From: an uncultured candidate division Zixibacteria bacterium
GTDB lineage: Bacteria > Zixibacteria > MSB-5A5 > GN15 > FEB-12
Direction of reading: 5' to 3'
DNA length: 64,000 bases
Assembly: GCA_963806185.1 (NCBI GenBank)
Contig: CAWDXE010000001.1
Coordinates: 960,001-1,024,000 of the forward strand
Shown: positions 36,320 to 46,768 of the stretch, one piece after another
How the letters are laid out: the number at the start of each line of letters is the position of its first letter
Numbering within the stretch: the stretch's first letter is position 1
The notes under the pieces: model-generated
What the model saw: only the letters and a program-made list of their open reading frames with translations
Told to the model about the DNA's origin: nothing
The model's database searches: none
Translations under genes and position numbers: made by a program

Positions 36320-37411
36320 ATGCTTGTCGACACCCTGTCCCTGACCAATTTTCGAAACTTCAGCCAGTTGAGCACTGACCTGGCGCCGGGGATCAACATC
36401 TTCTATGGCGATAACGGATCGGGAAAAACCAACTTGTTGGAGGCAATCTACACTGTCTGCCTCGGCCGGTCCCAGCGGGGGGCGGTCGACGCGACGATGA
36501 TTCGCGACGGTGTCGATGTCTATCGGGTTGTCAGTCGAGTCGAAAACGGCGGCAGTCAGCCGGTGGAAGTAGCCGTGGCTTTCGGACGCAACGAGCGTAA
36601 GAAGATCACCCTTGATGGTGCGGTCATACCTATTTCGCGGCTCTATGGTCTTTTTTGCGCGGTTTCCTCGGGACCCGAGGACAGTACCATACTCTCCGGC
36701 GGACCGTCCGAGCGGCGCCTCTTTCTCAATCTTCACCTGGCGCAACACTCGGTGACCTATCTGGCCGACCTGGGTGATTATCAGCGTACCCTCTCGCAGA
36801 AAAATGCCGCGCTGAAAAACGGCATGGATCCGTCGCCGTTTGATCCCCTCCTGATCGAATATGGCATCCGCATAATGCGAGCCAGAGCACGGTTCATTGA
36901 CGCCCTGCGCGAAACAGCCCGGCCGTTTTACCAGCAGATTGCTCGCGGCGAGTCGATGGATCTCACCTACCTGCCGTCAGTAGCGGTGGGCGCCGACGCC
37001 TGGGATGACAACGGCGTTTCACGTGAATTCGAGGCCCGTCTCGCCCAAAACAGAGAGAAGGAACGGATCCTGAAGAACGCCAGCGTTGGCCCGCACCGCG
37101 ATGATATTGGGTTCACCATCGGTGGCCTGCCGGCCCGGACGCACGGCTCACAAGGCCAATGGCGGACCGCGGCGATAGCCCTCAAGTTGGGAATTTACCA
37201 CATCCTGAAGGAGAAACGGCGGACCACCCCGGTACTTTTGCTCGACGAAATTTTTGCTGAATTGGACGAAGGTCGGGCGTTAGGTTTGGTGCAGGAATTC
37301 GCCGAGGTGTCCCAGGTGTTCCTGACCACGGCCGTGGAGCCGCCCCAGTCTCTGAAAAGCCGCAGCCGTAGTTACCGCGTGGTCAAAGGCGCAATCGAGA
37401 GTGTAGATTGA
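36320..37411 (+). CDS. recF: DNA replication/repair protein RecF
   Basis: NFRN, GDNGSGKTNLLEAI, GSQGQWR and LLLDEIFAELD motifs. Confidence 0.95.
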   Translation: MLVDTLSLTNFRNFSQLSTDLAPGINIFYGDNGSGKTNLLEAIYTVCLGRSQRGAVDATMIRDGVDVYRVVSRVENGGSQPVEVAVAFGRNERKKITLDGAVIPISRLYGLFCAVSSGPEDSTILSGGPSERRLFLNLHLAQHSVTYLADLGDYQRTLSQKNAALKNGMDPSPFDPLLIEYGIRIMRARARFIDALRETARPFYQQIARGESMDLTYLPSVAVGADAWDDNGVSREFEARLAQNREKERILKNASVGPHRDDIGFTIGGLPARTHGSQGQWRTAAIALKLGIYHILKEKRRTTPVLLLDEIFAELDEGRALGLVQEFAEVSQVFLTTAVEPPQSLKSRSRSYRVVKGAIESVD

Positions 37412-38463
37412 AAGACGGTCTGATACTGTCACATATCACCAAGGCCTTCGGGCAGACCCGTGTGCTCAACGATATTTCCCTCGCATTGGGCCAGGGGGAA
37501 TTGCTGGTACTTCTGGGGCAGTCAGGGTGTGGCAAATCCACTCTCCTGCGAATTATTGCGGGTCTCGAGGAACAGGATTCCGGCGAAGTCAGCATCGCCG
37601 GCAGGCGTGTGGAACATCTGCGGCCGCGTGACCGCAACGTGGCGCTCGTTTTCCAGAACTACTCGCTCTACCCGCACATGTCGGTCGAAAAGAACCTGGC
37701 CTTTCCGCTCAAGGTGGCCGGGGCAAAGAAAGACGAAATCACCAGCCGGGTTCGTTCCGTTGCCGAGATGCTCGGCTTGACCGATCGATTACATAACAAA
37801 CCGGCCCAACTCTCCGGCGGGCAGCGCCAGCGTGTGGCGCTGGGACGAGCCATCATTCGGGAGCCTGCCATCTTCCTACTCGACGAACCGTTGTCCAATC
37901 TCGACGCCGACTTGCGCGTGCGTATGCGCCAGGAGATCGTAAGGCTCCAGCGGCAGGTAGGTGTCACCATGGTGCATGTCACCCACGACCAGGTCGAGGC
38001 GCTGACCATGGCCGACCGGATCGCCCTGTTGAATCAAGGGACCATTGAGCAACTCGGCACCCCGGAGGAACTGTACAAAAACCCCGCGTCGCTCTTTGTT
38101 GCCACTTTCATTGGTCAGCCGAAGATGAACACGTTTGATGCTGTGGTTGAGTCGGGTCTGTTGAATCCGCTGGGGATAAAGGTCGACGCTGCACTCCGAG
38201 GGCCTGTAGTTGCGGGCATCCGACCGGAAGCCGTCCAGTTGGTTCCTGACGGTGATCTGAGTGGCGAAATCACCGACGCCGAGTACATGGGCGACCATTA
38301 TGTCGTCTGGCTGGCTATTGGAAAAGTCACGCTTACCGCCGTGGCGGTGGCCGGCGAAGAATACGTGATCGGACAAAAGGTCCGCTTCAGCATTCCACCG
38401 GATGAAATACTTCTGTTTGATCGGGAGTCCGGAAAGAATCTGAATTCACTGCCGCCGCGGTGA
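37408..38463 (+). CDS. MalK/UgpC-like ABC transporter ATP-binding protein
   Basis: GQSGCGKST, LSGGQRQR and DEPLSNLD motifs; TOBE tail; TTGA overlap with recF. Confidence 0.92.
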   Translation: MKDGLILSHITKAFGQTRVLNDISLALGQGELLVLLGQSGCGKSTLLRIIAGLEEQDSGEVSIAGRRVEHLRPRDRNVALVFQNYSLYPHMSVEKNLAFPLKVAGAKKDEITSRVRSVAEMLGLTDRLHNKPAQLSGGQRQRVALGRAIIREPAIFLLDEPLSNLDADLRVRMRQEIVRLQRQVGVTMVHVTHDQVEALTMADRIALLNQGTIEQLGTPEELYKNPASLFVATFIGQPKMNTFDAVVESGLLNPLGIKVDAALRGPVVAGIRPEAVQLVPDGDLSGEITDAEYMGDHYVVWLAIGKVTLTAVAVAGEEYVIGQKVRFSIPPDEILLFDRESGKNLNSLPPR

Positions 38464-39293
38464 TCGCTGGCATTTCGGACAGTAATGGGCTGACCGAGAA
38501 CCGATCTTCATGCGCTTGATGTGTGAGCCGCACCGCTCGCAATCGTCCCCCTCGTTGCCGTAGACCTTTAAGTAATTCTGAAACCGCCCCGCCTTGCCGT
38601 TGACCCCCGCGTAGTTGTCGACCGAAGTTCCCATCATCCGAATCGCCTTCTTCATCAAGCGTTGAATGTGGCCGTGCAGTTCGGCCAGTTTCGCCTTAGA
38701 GATGCCGGTCGTGAGCCGAAGCGGATGGATGCCGGCCGCGTATAGTGACTCGTCGGCGTAAATGTTCCCCACGCCCGCGAGAAAGCCCTGGTCGAGCAGC
38801 GCCTGCTTGATCTGGCGTGGCCGCCGCACGCACAGTTCGACGAAGGCGTCGGAAGATATTTCGAGCGGCTCCGGACCAAGCTCCTTCAACCCTTTCTGTT
38901 GCCACAGCTCGTCAGTGCGAAATAGCCGCAAACGGCCAAAACGGCGATAGTCGTTAAACCGCAGCTCCATTGGCGTATCACGAAAGGTGAGAACCACCAG
39001 GTCGTGTTTCTCTCGAGGCGTTTCCGCCGGTACCCAGAAGAAGTTGCCGGTCATCTTGAGATGAACCCAGAGCGACGTCCCCCGGAGAGCTGGATGATAA
39101 TATTCTTCCCTCGCCGCGTCACGATATCAATTGATCGCCCCACTACGTTGGCGGCAAAACCGGTCGCCGGGAGCGACGGGCTGACTACCACTGATGCTTT
39201 TGGTGCGTCGATCTGCACGCCGGCAATCGTGCGTCCGCCTACGGCGTCGCGCAGGCCGCGAACAACGGTTTCGACTTCGGGAAGTTCAGGCAT
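38446..39293 (-). CDS. mutM: Formamidopyrimidine-DNA glycosylase, -1 frameshift in the C5 run at 39079-39083
   Basis: MPELPEVET start; adding one G restores ...SGGTSLWVHLKMTG; GVGNIYADE motif and C-terminal zinc finger. Confidence 0.92.
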
Positions 39294-39661
39294 GGGGAGT
39301 GGCGGGAGCGGTAATCTTCGATGGCAGCGCGGATGGCATCAGGCGCCAGATTGGAGCAGGTCATCTTTTGCGGCGGCAGACCGTGGAGTGTATCAGCGAC
39401 CTGTTCGCGTGTGAGCGCAAACGCCTCGTCGAGCGTTTTGCCGAGGACCATTTCCGACGCGGCCGAGCTGGTGGCGATAGCGGCGGCACAGCCGAAGGTC
39501 TTGAATTTGACGTCGACTAACCGGTTGTCGGCCACCTTGATATAGAGACGCATGACATCTCCGCAGGCGGGATTCCCCACCTCGCCGATCCCGTCGGCGT
39601 CGGCAATTTCCCCGGCGTTACGCGGGTTCTGGAAGTGGTCCATGACGGTTTCATTGTACAT
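39239..39661 (-). CDS. iscU: Fe-S cluster scaffold, IscU/NifU N-terminal type
   Basis: DHFQNPRN, NPACGD, TFGCAAAIA and KMTCSNL motifs; the 55-bp overlap with mutM may reflect an extra G at 39294-39297. Confidence 0.92.
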   Translation of the reverse strand: MYNETVMDHFQNPRNAGEIADADGIGEVGNPACGDVMRLYIKVADNRLVDVKFKTFGCAAAIATSSAASEMVLGKTLDEAFALTREQVADTLHGLPPQKMTCSNLAPDAIRAAIEDYRSRHSPCLNFPKSKPLFAACATP

Positions 39662-39827
39662 GTCGGCAAGGTACACGGCAGGGTCGGAAAAGGCAAGGCG
39701 GCGCGGCAAAACTGCTTGCGTCGCACGAAGCGGGCGATAGATTGGATGCAATAGTCGTTAACATAGTCCCTTATGTGGTCCATGTATTTCTATCTGAACG
39801 TACAGAATCGCTGCACGGAGGTACTAC

Positions 39828-42104
39828 GTGGTACGCCGAATCAGTTACTTCGTGATATTCATTCTGCTAGTCTCGAGCCCGACGATCTTCGCTGGCGAGT
39901 TCGGAGACACCTTGAAGGCCCGGATGGAGCGGTTGTATGAACTGCCGCTCGACACGACAACCGCCCTCTCGCTTTCGGATGTGACGCTGACTCATCAGGA
40001 TATGACGCTGACAATTGACTCCGGACGAATGGCCTATTTCCAGATGCCGGAGCTTGCCGGTAACACTGAAATCTCGGCCATGTATGTCGAGGGAAGGCTG
40101 CACTTTACCTTCACTCCGACACCGTCGGTAGAGCGAGGTCAACTGAGGCGGTTTTTCGACCGGGATTCACTCGATGTTCCGGTCAGCGCGGCAATTTTGT
40201 TCTGCCGTGCGGATTTCGTCAAGTCGCTCAAGACTTCCGTCGCCCTGCCCTTTTCGCGCGATGATGCCAAGAGCATCGGCAAGCGGCTCGGATCGCTCGA
40301 CGACTTCGATAAAGCCTACAGCTATAGGTTCTCCATCGTGCAGGCGTCGCTGTATCAAGCGGAACGGCCTTTTCTCTATGCGTTCGTCCAGCCCGAAGAG
40401 GGTGACCAGCTTCAGTACATCTTTGATCCCTTCGAGCGGGAACGGGTGCAATTGCGCAAGAGCTACCGTCGGCCCGGCATTGACGCGATGGAACTGATCT
40501 GCTCCTATGCAACGGACTCAAGACACTCAGGTGGTTTTGACGGCCTGCCGCGGGAGCGCTGCCATGCCTCTCACTACAAAACAAACGGTCAGATCGACCG
40601 AAACGGCAAGTACTCCGGATCGGCCGAGATTACCATCACGGCGGATTCAGCGCTTCGCGTAATCGCATTCGACTTTCATGAAATGCTCAAGGTTGACAGC
40701 GTCGTGGCCCCCAGCGGCGCAAAACTGACCTTCAGCCGCTATAAGAATCTATTTCGTTATTGGTATGCGGCGCTGAATGTATACCTTGATTCCACGCTGC
40801 CGGCGGGTTCGACAATCACGCTTACCGCATATTATTCGGGTGACGTGGCGGAACGCTGGGGAAGCGAGTTCGTCGTGAACGCCGGCGCCATGTGGTATCC
40901 GCGCGTCGGATGGTTGAACCGGGCCACCTTTGACATGACCTTCCGCACTATAAGGGAGTTCGCGTTTGTGGCGTGCGGTACGAAGACAAGTGAACGCGAA
41001 GTTGGTGACACGCTTATCACTACGTGGGCAGTCAAGGTACCGACGCATAATGTGTCATTTGCGATCGGTAACTTGAAAAAATACGAATTCGACGATCCGG
41101 CGGCCGGAGTGCTCGACATATATGTCAACGACGAGATCAGGAAATCGGATCGAAAAATGGCCAACGCCGTGAGCGAGGATCTCATTTCTGCCGGCCGCTT
41201 CTTCAAGGAGCGCTTCGGTAGTCTGCCGTATTCCCGCATCACAGCGACGGAGATACTGGATCGCCACGGCGAAGCGTTTGTCGGTTTCCTGCACCTCGGT
41301 TACAATACCTTCACGTCGACAAAGGAGTTCGGCGTTGAGGCAACATTTCGCGCCCACGAACTGGCCCATCAATGGTGGGGGGTCGAAGTAGGCTGGGACA
41401 CCTACCACGATCAGTGGTTGTCAGAGGGATTCTCAACTTACTGTGCTTTGATGTATGTCCAGGCGACTCAGGGCAACGATGTGTTTGTCAGCAAGCTGAT
41501 CGCCGGGCGAAAGGAAATCAACGGCGTCAGAAACTACATTTTCGGCTCGGGCGCCGAATCGGGTCCGATCTATCTGGGGTACCGTACCTCCAGCACCAAA
41601 ACCGAAGGCGACTATCAACTCATCATCTACAAGAAGGCCGCTCTGGTCCTGCACATGCTTCGGACCATGATGCTGGATCTGACCACCCTGCGGGAGGACC
41701 GCTTTTTCGCCATGATGCGGGACTTCTACGAATCCTATCGCGGCAAGAGCGCCTCTACCGACGATTTCCGCCGGGTGGTCGAACGACACGTTGGCGAGGA
41801 AATGGGCTGGTTCTTTGATCAGTGGGTCTACGGCACGGATATTCCCACTATCGATTTCTCATACACACTGGAGCCGGGTGAAAACGGCGCGTACACTGCC
41901 AAGTGCAAAATGGTGACCAGCGATGTTCGCGCGGACTTCTTTGCCTACATCCCGGTGGAAATCCAATTGGATGACAAGGCGAAAGCGTATGTCCGGGCTG
42001 TAATCGACAAGCCAGTCACCGAATTTGCACTCACCTTGCCGCACAAGCCAAAAGGGATTAAATTGAACCCCGGCGAGGCTGTCCTGGCCAACGTGAATCA
42101 GTAA
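39828..42104 (+). CDS. Secreted M1 family aminopeptidase
   Basis: Signal peptide; HELAHQWWG...WLSEG (HEXXH-x18-E) and IYKKAALVLHML motifs. Confidence 0.9.
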   Translation: MVRRISYFVIFILLVSSPTIFAGEFGDTLKARMERLYELPLDTTTALSLSDVTLTHQDMTLTIDSGRMAYFQMPELAGNTEISAMYVEGRLHFTFTPTPSVERGQLRRFFDRDSLDVPVSAAILFCRADFVKSLKTSVALPFSRDDAKSIGKRLGSLDDFDKAYSYRFSIVQASLYQAERPFLYAFVQPEEGDQLQYIFDPFERERVQLRKSYRRPGIDAMELICSYATDSRHSGGFDGLPRERCHASHYKTNGQIDRNGKYSGSAEITITADSALRVIAFDFHEMLKVDSVVAPSGAKLTFSRYKNLFRYWYAALNVYLDSTLPAGSTITLTAYYSGDVAERWGSEFVVNAGAMWYPRVGWLNRATFDMTFRTIREFAFVACGTKTSEREVGDTLITTWAVKVPTHNVSFAIGNLKKYEFDDPAAGVLDIYVNDEIRKSDRKMANAVSEDLISAGRFFKERFGSLPYSRITATEILDRHGEAFVGFLHLGYNTFTSTKEFGVEATFRAHELAHQWWGVEVGWDTYHDQWLSEGFSTYCALMYVQATQGNDVFVSKLIAGRKEINGVRNYIFGSGAESGPIYLGYRTSSTKTEGDYQLIIYKKAALVLHMLRTMMLDLTTLREDRFFAMMRDFYESYRGKSASTDDFRRVVERHVGEEMGWFFDQWVYGTDIPTIDFSYTLEPGENGAYTAKCKMVTSDVRADFFAYIPVEIQLDDKAKAYVRAVIDKPVTEFALTLPHKPKGIKLNPGEAVLANVNQ

Positions 42105-42230
42105 ATCAGTTGCTGAGATCATGAATGCTCGGCGCAGATTACTGTCGCACTGTCCGCGTGTGCAACGATGTTCACCTATTGCACATCGGGATGTGCTGCA
42201 ATCCGCGACCCCTCAGCCATGCGTGCGATC

Positions 42231-42266
42231 AAAACAGAAAAAACCCCCGTGTGTCACACGGGGGTT
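42231..42266 (-). terminator. Intrinsic terminator after the HmuY gene
   Basis: AACCCCCGTGTG / CACACGGGGGTT with a T-tract on the minus strand. Confidence 0.85.
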
Positions 42267-42292
42267 CAGTACCAACAGGGTAGGCGAGGAGA

Positions 42293-43390
42293 TCAGAGTT
42301 CTTTCCATTTGAATGTATAATAGCCGCTCGTCAGCACCTCATTGATGGCGGCGTAGTAACTCTGAATCTGCATCTTGTAGACGGCCGTCTCCGTCCGGAT
42401 CAAGTAGACATAATCTTTCGACGTCAGCTCGAAATTGGCGTCGTTGTAATCGTACCAGTTGCGAGTAGTGTCGTTTACGTCTCCATTGAAGATGGAGTTG
42501 TTGTAGTCGGCAAACATGGGTGCCGCTGCCGGATGTTGCGTCACACCGTTGAAATCGGTCGGATTGACCAGTTCGCCATACATCGGAAAGGCCTTGCAGT
42601 TGCCGGGACCGCTGATGCCGCCGTTGGTGCGAACCTCGTAGTTGGAGAAACTGATATCCCAACCGGTGGAAGTTTCCGGATTCGGCGGTGTTACTGCCGC
42701 GCCGGAAGAGAAATCAAAATAGCCGGTACCGCTCCCGACTGTGATGAGCGCCGTGTCAGGTGTGCCGGTAAGGGAATTCAGGTTTGCCGTCGGCTGGTAG
42801 ACGTAGATCAGTTTGACTGTCCCCATACTGCTCTGCCCCGGCCCTATGAGGGAGTCGATCTTGAACTTGATGAAATTGTCCCCCTCGGCATCGACCATCG
42901 TATACACATAATCGTTCATGGCCAGCGAGTGCGTTTGAAAATTGTAGATGTACCAGTTGTCGACGATCAGCTTGGCCGTGTCTTCCGCCCAATGTGCGCC
43001 GGTAGTGTCCGCGATTGTGACGGCGTCAAAATTGGTCGTGGAGAGTTTGGCCCCCTCCACCGAACCACTGTTTTCGGCAGAGGCACCGCCGTTTAGGTTG
43101 AGCGTGTAGCGCAACATGGAGATGTCCCAGTCGGCAGTCGTGAGCGCAATCTTCGGCAGCGCCGTCACCATCGAGTCAAACGAGTAATACTGCGGATCGG
43201 TGTGGCTGGACGCGTTGATTTTGGTGGTGTAGACACTATCGGCGGCGCTGTATAGCGTCGTATCTCGGTAGGCGCCGCTGTGTCCGCTGCCGGTCGGCGT
43301 GTTGTCGTCGGAACAACCAGCCACACCGGCAATGAGAGCGGCGAATCCAACCGCCATCAAGAGTCGTTTCATGATCCTGTTTCCTTTCAT
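42293..43390 (-). CDS. HmuY-family haem-binding lipoprotein, two HmuY-like domains
   Basis: Lipobox VAGC; duplicated WDIS..., NGG.S and WY.Y motifs; YKMQIQSYY...SGYYTFKW; alternative start at 43372. Confidence 0.8.
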   Translation of the reverse strand: MKGNRIMKRLLMAVGFAALIAGVAGCSDDNTPTGSGHSGAYRDTTLYSAADSVYTTKINASSHTDPQYYSFDSMVTALPKIALTTADWDISMLRYTLNLNGGASAENSGSVEGAKLSTTNFDAVTIADTTGAHWAEDTAKLIVDNWYIYNFQTHSLAMNDYVYTMVDAEGDNFIKFKIDSLIGPGQSSMGTVKLIYVYQPTANLNSLTGTPDTALITVGSGTGYFDFSSGAAVTPPNPETSTGWDISFSNYEVRTNGGISGPGNCKAFPMYGELVNPTDFNGVTQHPAAAPMFADYNNSIFNGDVNDTTRNWYDYNDANFELTSKDYVYLIRTETAVYKMQIQSYYAAINEVLTSGYYTFKWKEL

Positions 43391-43400
43391 ATTTCGTCTC

Positions 43401-45641
43401 CTAGTGAATAGACAAGTCGTACTTAAAGCCGGCAAATACCTGCCGCCCCGGCCAGTAGCCGTAGGTGACATTGGTGCGATCGAAGATATTGTCCAGCCGC
43501 ACAAACGCCTCTATGTCGCCCATGCGATGGAAGGTATTGAGCGAGATCACCGTCCGAGCCGGCGCCCATTCCGGATTTGCCTCCTGTTCGCCGGTATTGG
43601 ATCGCGACACCCAGAGCTTCTTTGATTCGTAATTCACCCAGCAAGTCCCGCCCCAGCGGCTGTCCCTGGTCATAGCCGAGAACATCACCTTGGCCGTGTG
43701 CGCGGGGCGATTGAGCAGTTCCTCCCCCGTTTTCAGATTGCGTGATTTCAGATAGGTATATGACAGGGAAAGGTCACAACCAGCGAGCATCTTCACGCGC
43801 GACTCCCACTCGATCCCCTGAGTGTAGGCCCGCTCGACATTCTGATACATATAAACACCGCGCCAGTAGGATGGCGTGAAACCAAGCAATGTGAAGTCAA
43901 TCATATCATTCAAATGGTTGTAATAGTAGGTCAGGCGGTGCAGGCCGATTGAGCCGTAGGAAAACTCCACCGAGACGGCACTATTGATAGAGGTTTCCTC
44001 CAAGAGTGGTCGATAGTCCTTTGGCTGCGGCATTTCCGGCGGCAAGGCCACCTCTCCCCCATAAACCACGTAGCCGGCAGCGCTGTGATCGAATATGAAA
44101 TACTGCTCCTTGATTGACGGTGCCCGGAACCCCTTGCCGACAAAGCCGCGAAACTTCAGTGCATCCGACGACTTGTACATCAGATTGAACGACGGATTGA
44201 AGTGCGTCCCGAAACTGGAATGATGTTCGTACCGGGCGCCGGGGAGCACTGTCAACGAGTTAAACAGATCAATTTCGTACTGCAGATATCCGGCGGTCGA
44301 TCTGTCGGCCTGTTTCGAATGGTCGAGCTCGCTTGAGACCAAATCCTGATAGGCGTAATCAAGACCGTAAGTGACGACGTGCTTGTCACCGATGACATAG
44401 TTTGACGTGTAGGAGGCCTCGAAGTACTTGTCCTTGGTGTCCGATGTGTCCACCCAGGTGCCGTACTGGGCGCCAAATTTCTTCCAGAGATGGTTGTACA
44501 ACGATCCGTAGAGCCGCAGCTTCATTGAGTACTTGTCGCCGGAGAGATAATCGAGCGATGCCGAACCGTCGTAGCGGTGATTGGTCTCGCGATCGTTGTA
44601 CACGATATCGACATCCCCCAGTCCTCCCTCCTCGATCCATTTGCGCTTTTCGTACATGAAGCGACCGGAAGTAACCAGATTCAACTTCTTAGAGAGACGG
44701 TGTGTCGACTTGGCGTCGCAGTTCCACCGGTCAATCGCATCCTGACCGTTGGTATGCCGAGTCGTCTTGTCGAGATCGAAGCCGGCCGTGTGATAGTACC
44801 GTGCTCCCGCGGTGACGCCGAAGTTGGCCTTGCCGTAATCGAGTTGGAGAGACGGATTAGCCGACGAAAACGTACCGTAGTCCAGGTATAGATTACCGCG
44901 CACTTGATCATAGGCAGGCTTTCGGGTGATGATATTAATGACCCCGCCGATCGCATCCGAGCCATACAGCGTCGAGCCGGTCCCCTTCACAATCTCAATC
45001 TTCTCGACATTGGTGAGCGCAAACTGGCTGAGATCAATGGAGCCATTGACCCTTCCAACAGCCCGCTCGCCGTCGATCATCACCAGCACGCGATCGCCTT
45101 CGACCCCCCGCATGGTCGCACCGCTCCCGGAGAAATCATTGTTGATATTGACGCCAATCGCGGCGTTAAGCGCTTCGTCGACCGTGGTTGCACCAGTGCG
45201 CTTAAAGTCGGCCGGCGTCACCACCTCAGTCTGCACCGGCACATTCTTCAACAGGTGAGGTGATCGGGTACCGGTGACGACGACGTCGTTCAGCACCCAC
45301 GGTGACGATTTCAGGGTGATGACAATGTCAGTGGATGACGGCACATTGACGTGCACCGTGTCGCTGTGATCATAGCCGACGTGTGAAGCGATCAACGCGT
45401 AGTCACCTTCCGGAAGATTGGGGAAACGGAAGGTTCCCTCCTTGTCGGTGGCGGTCGCCCGGCCGTTAGGCACGAGCCGGACGGTTACGTCGCGCAATAC
45501 CGTCCGCGTGTCGGCGTCTATAGTCTTGCCGCTCAATTCGGCCGCAGACAGGGAGGTCGAAACGAAAAGAAATCCAAGTGCGACACACAGCCGGAGAGCC
45601 ATTAATCGCGTCGCCCGGCAGCCAATCTTGGTCGTGTTCAT
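43401..45641 (-). CDS. TonB-dependent outer-membrane receptor (HmuR-like)
   Basis: VVVTGTR, plug IEIVKGTGSTLYGSDAIGGVINIIT and GFRAPS motifs; start uncertain. Confidence 0.92.
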   Translation of the reverse strand: MNTTKIGCRATRLMALRLCVALGFLFVSTSLSAAELSGKTIDADTRTVLRDVTVRLVPNGRATATDKEGTFRFPNLPEGDYALIASHVGYDHSDTVHVNVPSSTDIVITLKSSPWVLNDVVVTGTRSPHLLKNVPVQTEVVTPADFKRTGATTVDEALNAAIGVNINNDFSGSGATMRGVEGDRVLVMIDGERAVGRVNGSIDLSQFALTNVEKIEIVKGTGSTLYGSDAIGGVINIITRKPAYDQVRGNLYLDYGTFSSANPSLQLDYGKANFGVTAGARYYHTAGFDLDKTTRHTNGQDAIDRWNCDAKSTHRLSKKLNLVTSGRFMYEKRKWIEEGGLGDVDIVYNDRETNHRYDGSASLDYLSGDKYSMKLRLYGSLYNHLWKKFGAQYGTWVDTSDTKDKYFEASYTSNYVIGDKHVVTYGLDYAYQDLVSSELDHSKQADRSTAGYLQYEIDLFNSLTVLPGARYEHHSSFGTHFNPSFNLMYKSSDALKFRGFVGKGFRAPSIKEQYFIFDHSAAGYVVYGGEVALPPEMPQPKDYRPLLEETSINSAVSVEFSYGSIGLHRLTYYYNHLNDMIDFTLLGFTPSYWRGVYMYQNVERAYTQGIEWESRVKMLAGCDLSLSYTYLKSRNLKTGEELLNRPAHTAKVMFSAMTRDSRWGGTCWVNYESKKLWVSRSNTGEQEANPEWAPARTVISLNTFHRMGDIEAFVRLDNIFDRTNVTYGYWPGRQVFAGFKYDLSIH

Positions 45642-45773
45642 ACCGGCCAAAAGTACAGTTGTTGGCCCCGACTTTGTCATCCATCTGTCATGAACGCGGC
45701 CCGAACCGACCATTTTTGTATGTTTTTTCGTGTTGCCCTGAAAGGAATTAGAGAAATGCGAGAGAATTAGTCG

Positions 45774-46721
45774 TCAACGACTGAACTTGCGGACAGCCCG
45801 TTCAAAGGCCGGTGAAGTCAGCTTCTTTGTCACTGTAGCCAGCGCCCTGAGGTCACGCGGAGTGAGCTTGTTGAGCCGATTGGCGAAGGCTCCGGAGGCA
45901 ACCTCCTGATAGATCTTTTCCATCCGTCTGCGCACGGAACCGTCGATCAACACCGGCCCAGTCGTCGCCGAACCATAGCGTGCCGCGACGGAGATACGAT
46001 CAAACATCCCTGAGATGCCGAATTGTTTGATGAGCGCGATAATCAGGTCGAGCTGGTAAGCGACCTCAAGGTATGCATGCTCCGGCTTGATCCGCTTTTT
46101 GACAAGTGTCTCAAAACCGGCATGCACCAGCGAGGCCAGTCCACCGCACAGCACCGCCTGCTCGCCGAAGATGTCGCCGATAGCCTCATCGCGAAATGTT
46201 GTCTTGATCAGCCGCTTTGCCTTGAATCCACATGCCTCGGCCAGCGCAAAGACCGTCGATCTGGCTTGTCTGGATCGATTCTGGTGGATGGCATAGAAAG
46301 CCGAGACGGATTCATTGCCCAGGAATTTCTGCCTGACCGCCAACCCCGGCGCGTGCGGCGCGATGAGCACGACATCGCTCGACTTCGGCGGTCTTACAAA
46401 ACCAAAGTGTACCGACAGACCATGCAGAAACCAGAGCGTCGCGTTGCTCTTCAGATTCGATTTGATCTGGGCGTCGTGCACCCGCCCGTGCAGGTAGTCG
46501 GGAAAGGCGAAGCAGACGATATCGCCCCGAGCGGACGCCTCAGCCACCGTCGCGATGTTTGTGAATCCGTCGCGACGGGCCAGTTTACGGCCGGCGGAAC
46601 GTGGACGCAGGCCGATGATCACCTCGTACCCGGAGTCGCGCAGGTTGAGCGCCAGCGAACGCCCCTGCGATCCATACCCGAGCATGGCCACTGATTTTTT
46701 CGCTTTTGGTCGTCGCGGCAT
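45774..46721 (-). CDS. ilvC: Ketol-acid reductoisomerase
   Basis: GYGSQG, NLRDSG and DIFGEQAVLCGG motifs. Confidence 0.95.
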   Translation of the reverse strand: MPRRPKAKKSVAMLGYGSQGRSLALNLRDSGYEVIIGLRPRSAGRKLARRDGFTNIATVAEASARGDIVCFAFPDYLHGRVHDAQIKSNLKSNATLWFLHGLSVHFGFVRPPKSSDVVLIAPHAPGLAVRQKFLGNESVSAFYAIHQNRSRQARSTVFALAEACGFKAKRLIKTTFRDEAIGDIFGEQAVLCGGLASLVHAGFETLVKKRIKPEHAYLEVAYQLDLIIALIKQFGISGMFDRISVAARYGSATTGPVLIDGSVRRRMEKIYQEVASGAFANRLNKLTPRDLRALATVTKKLTSPAFERAVRKFSR

Positions 46722-46768
46722 TGGGGTAATATACGGTTCAAGTCTGCATTTGCCAACGGGACGTACGG

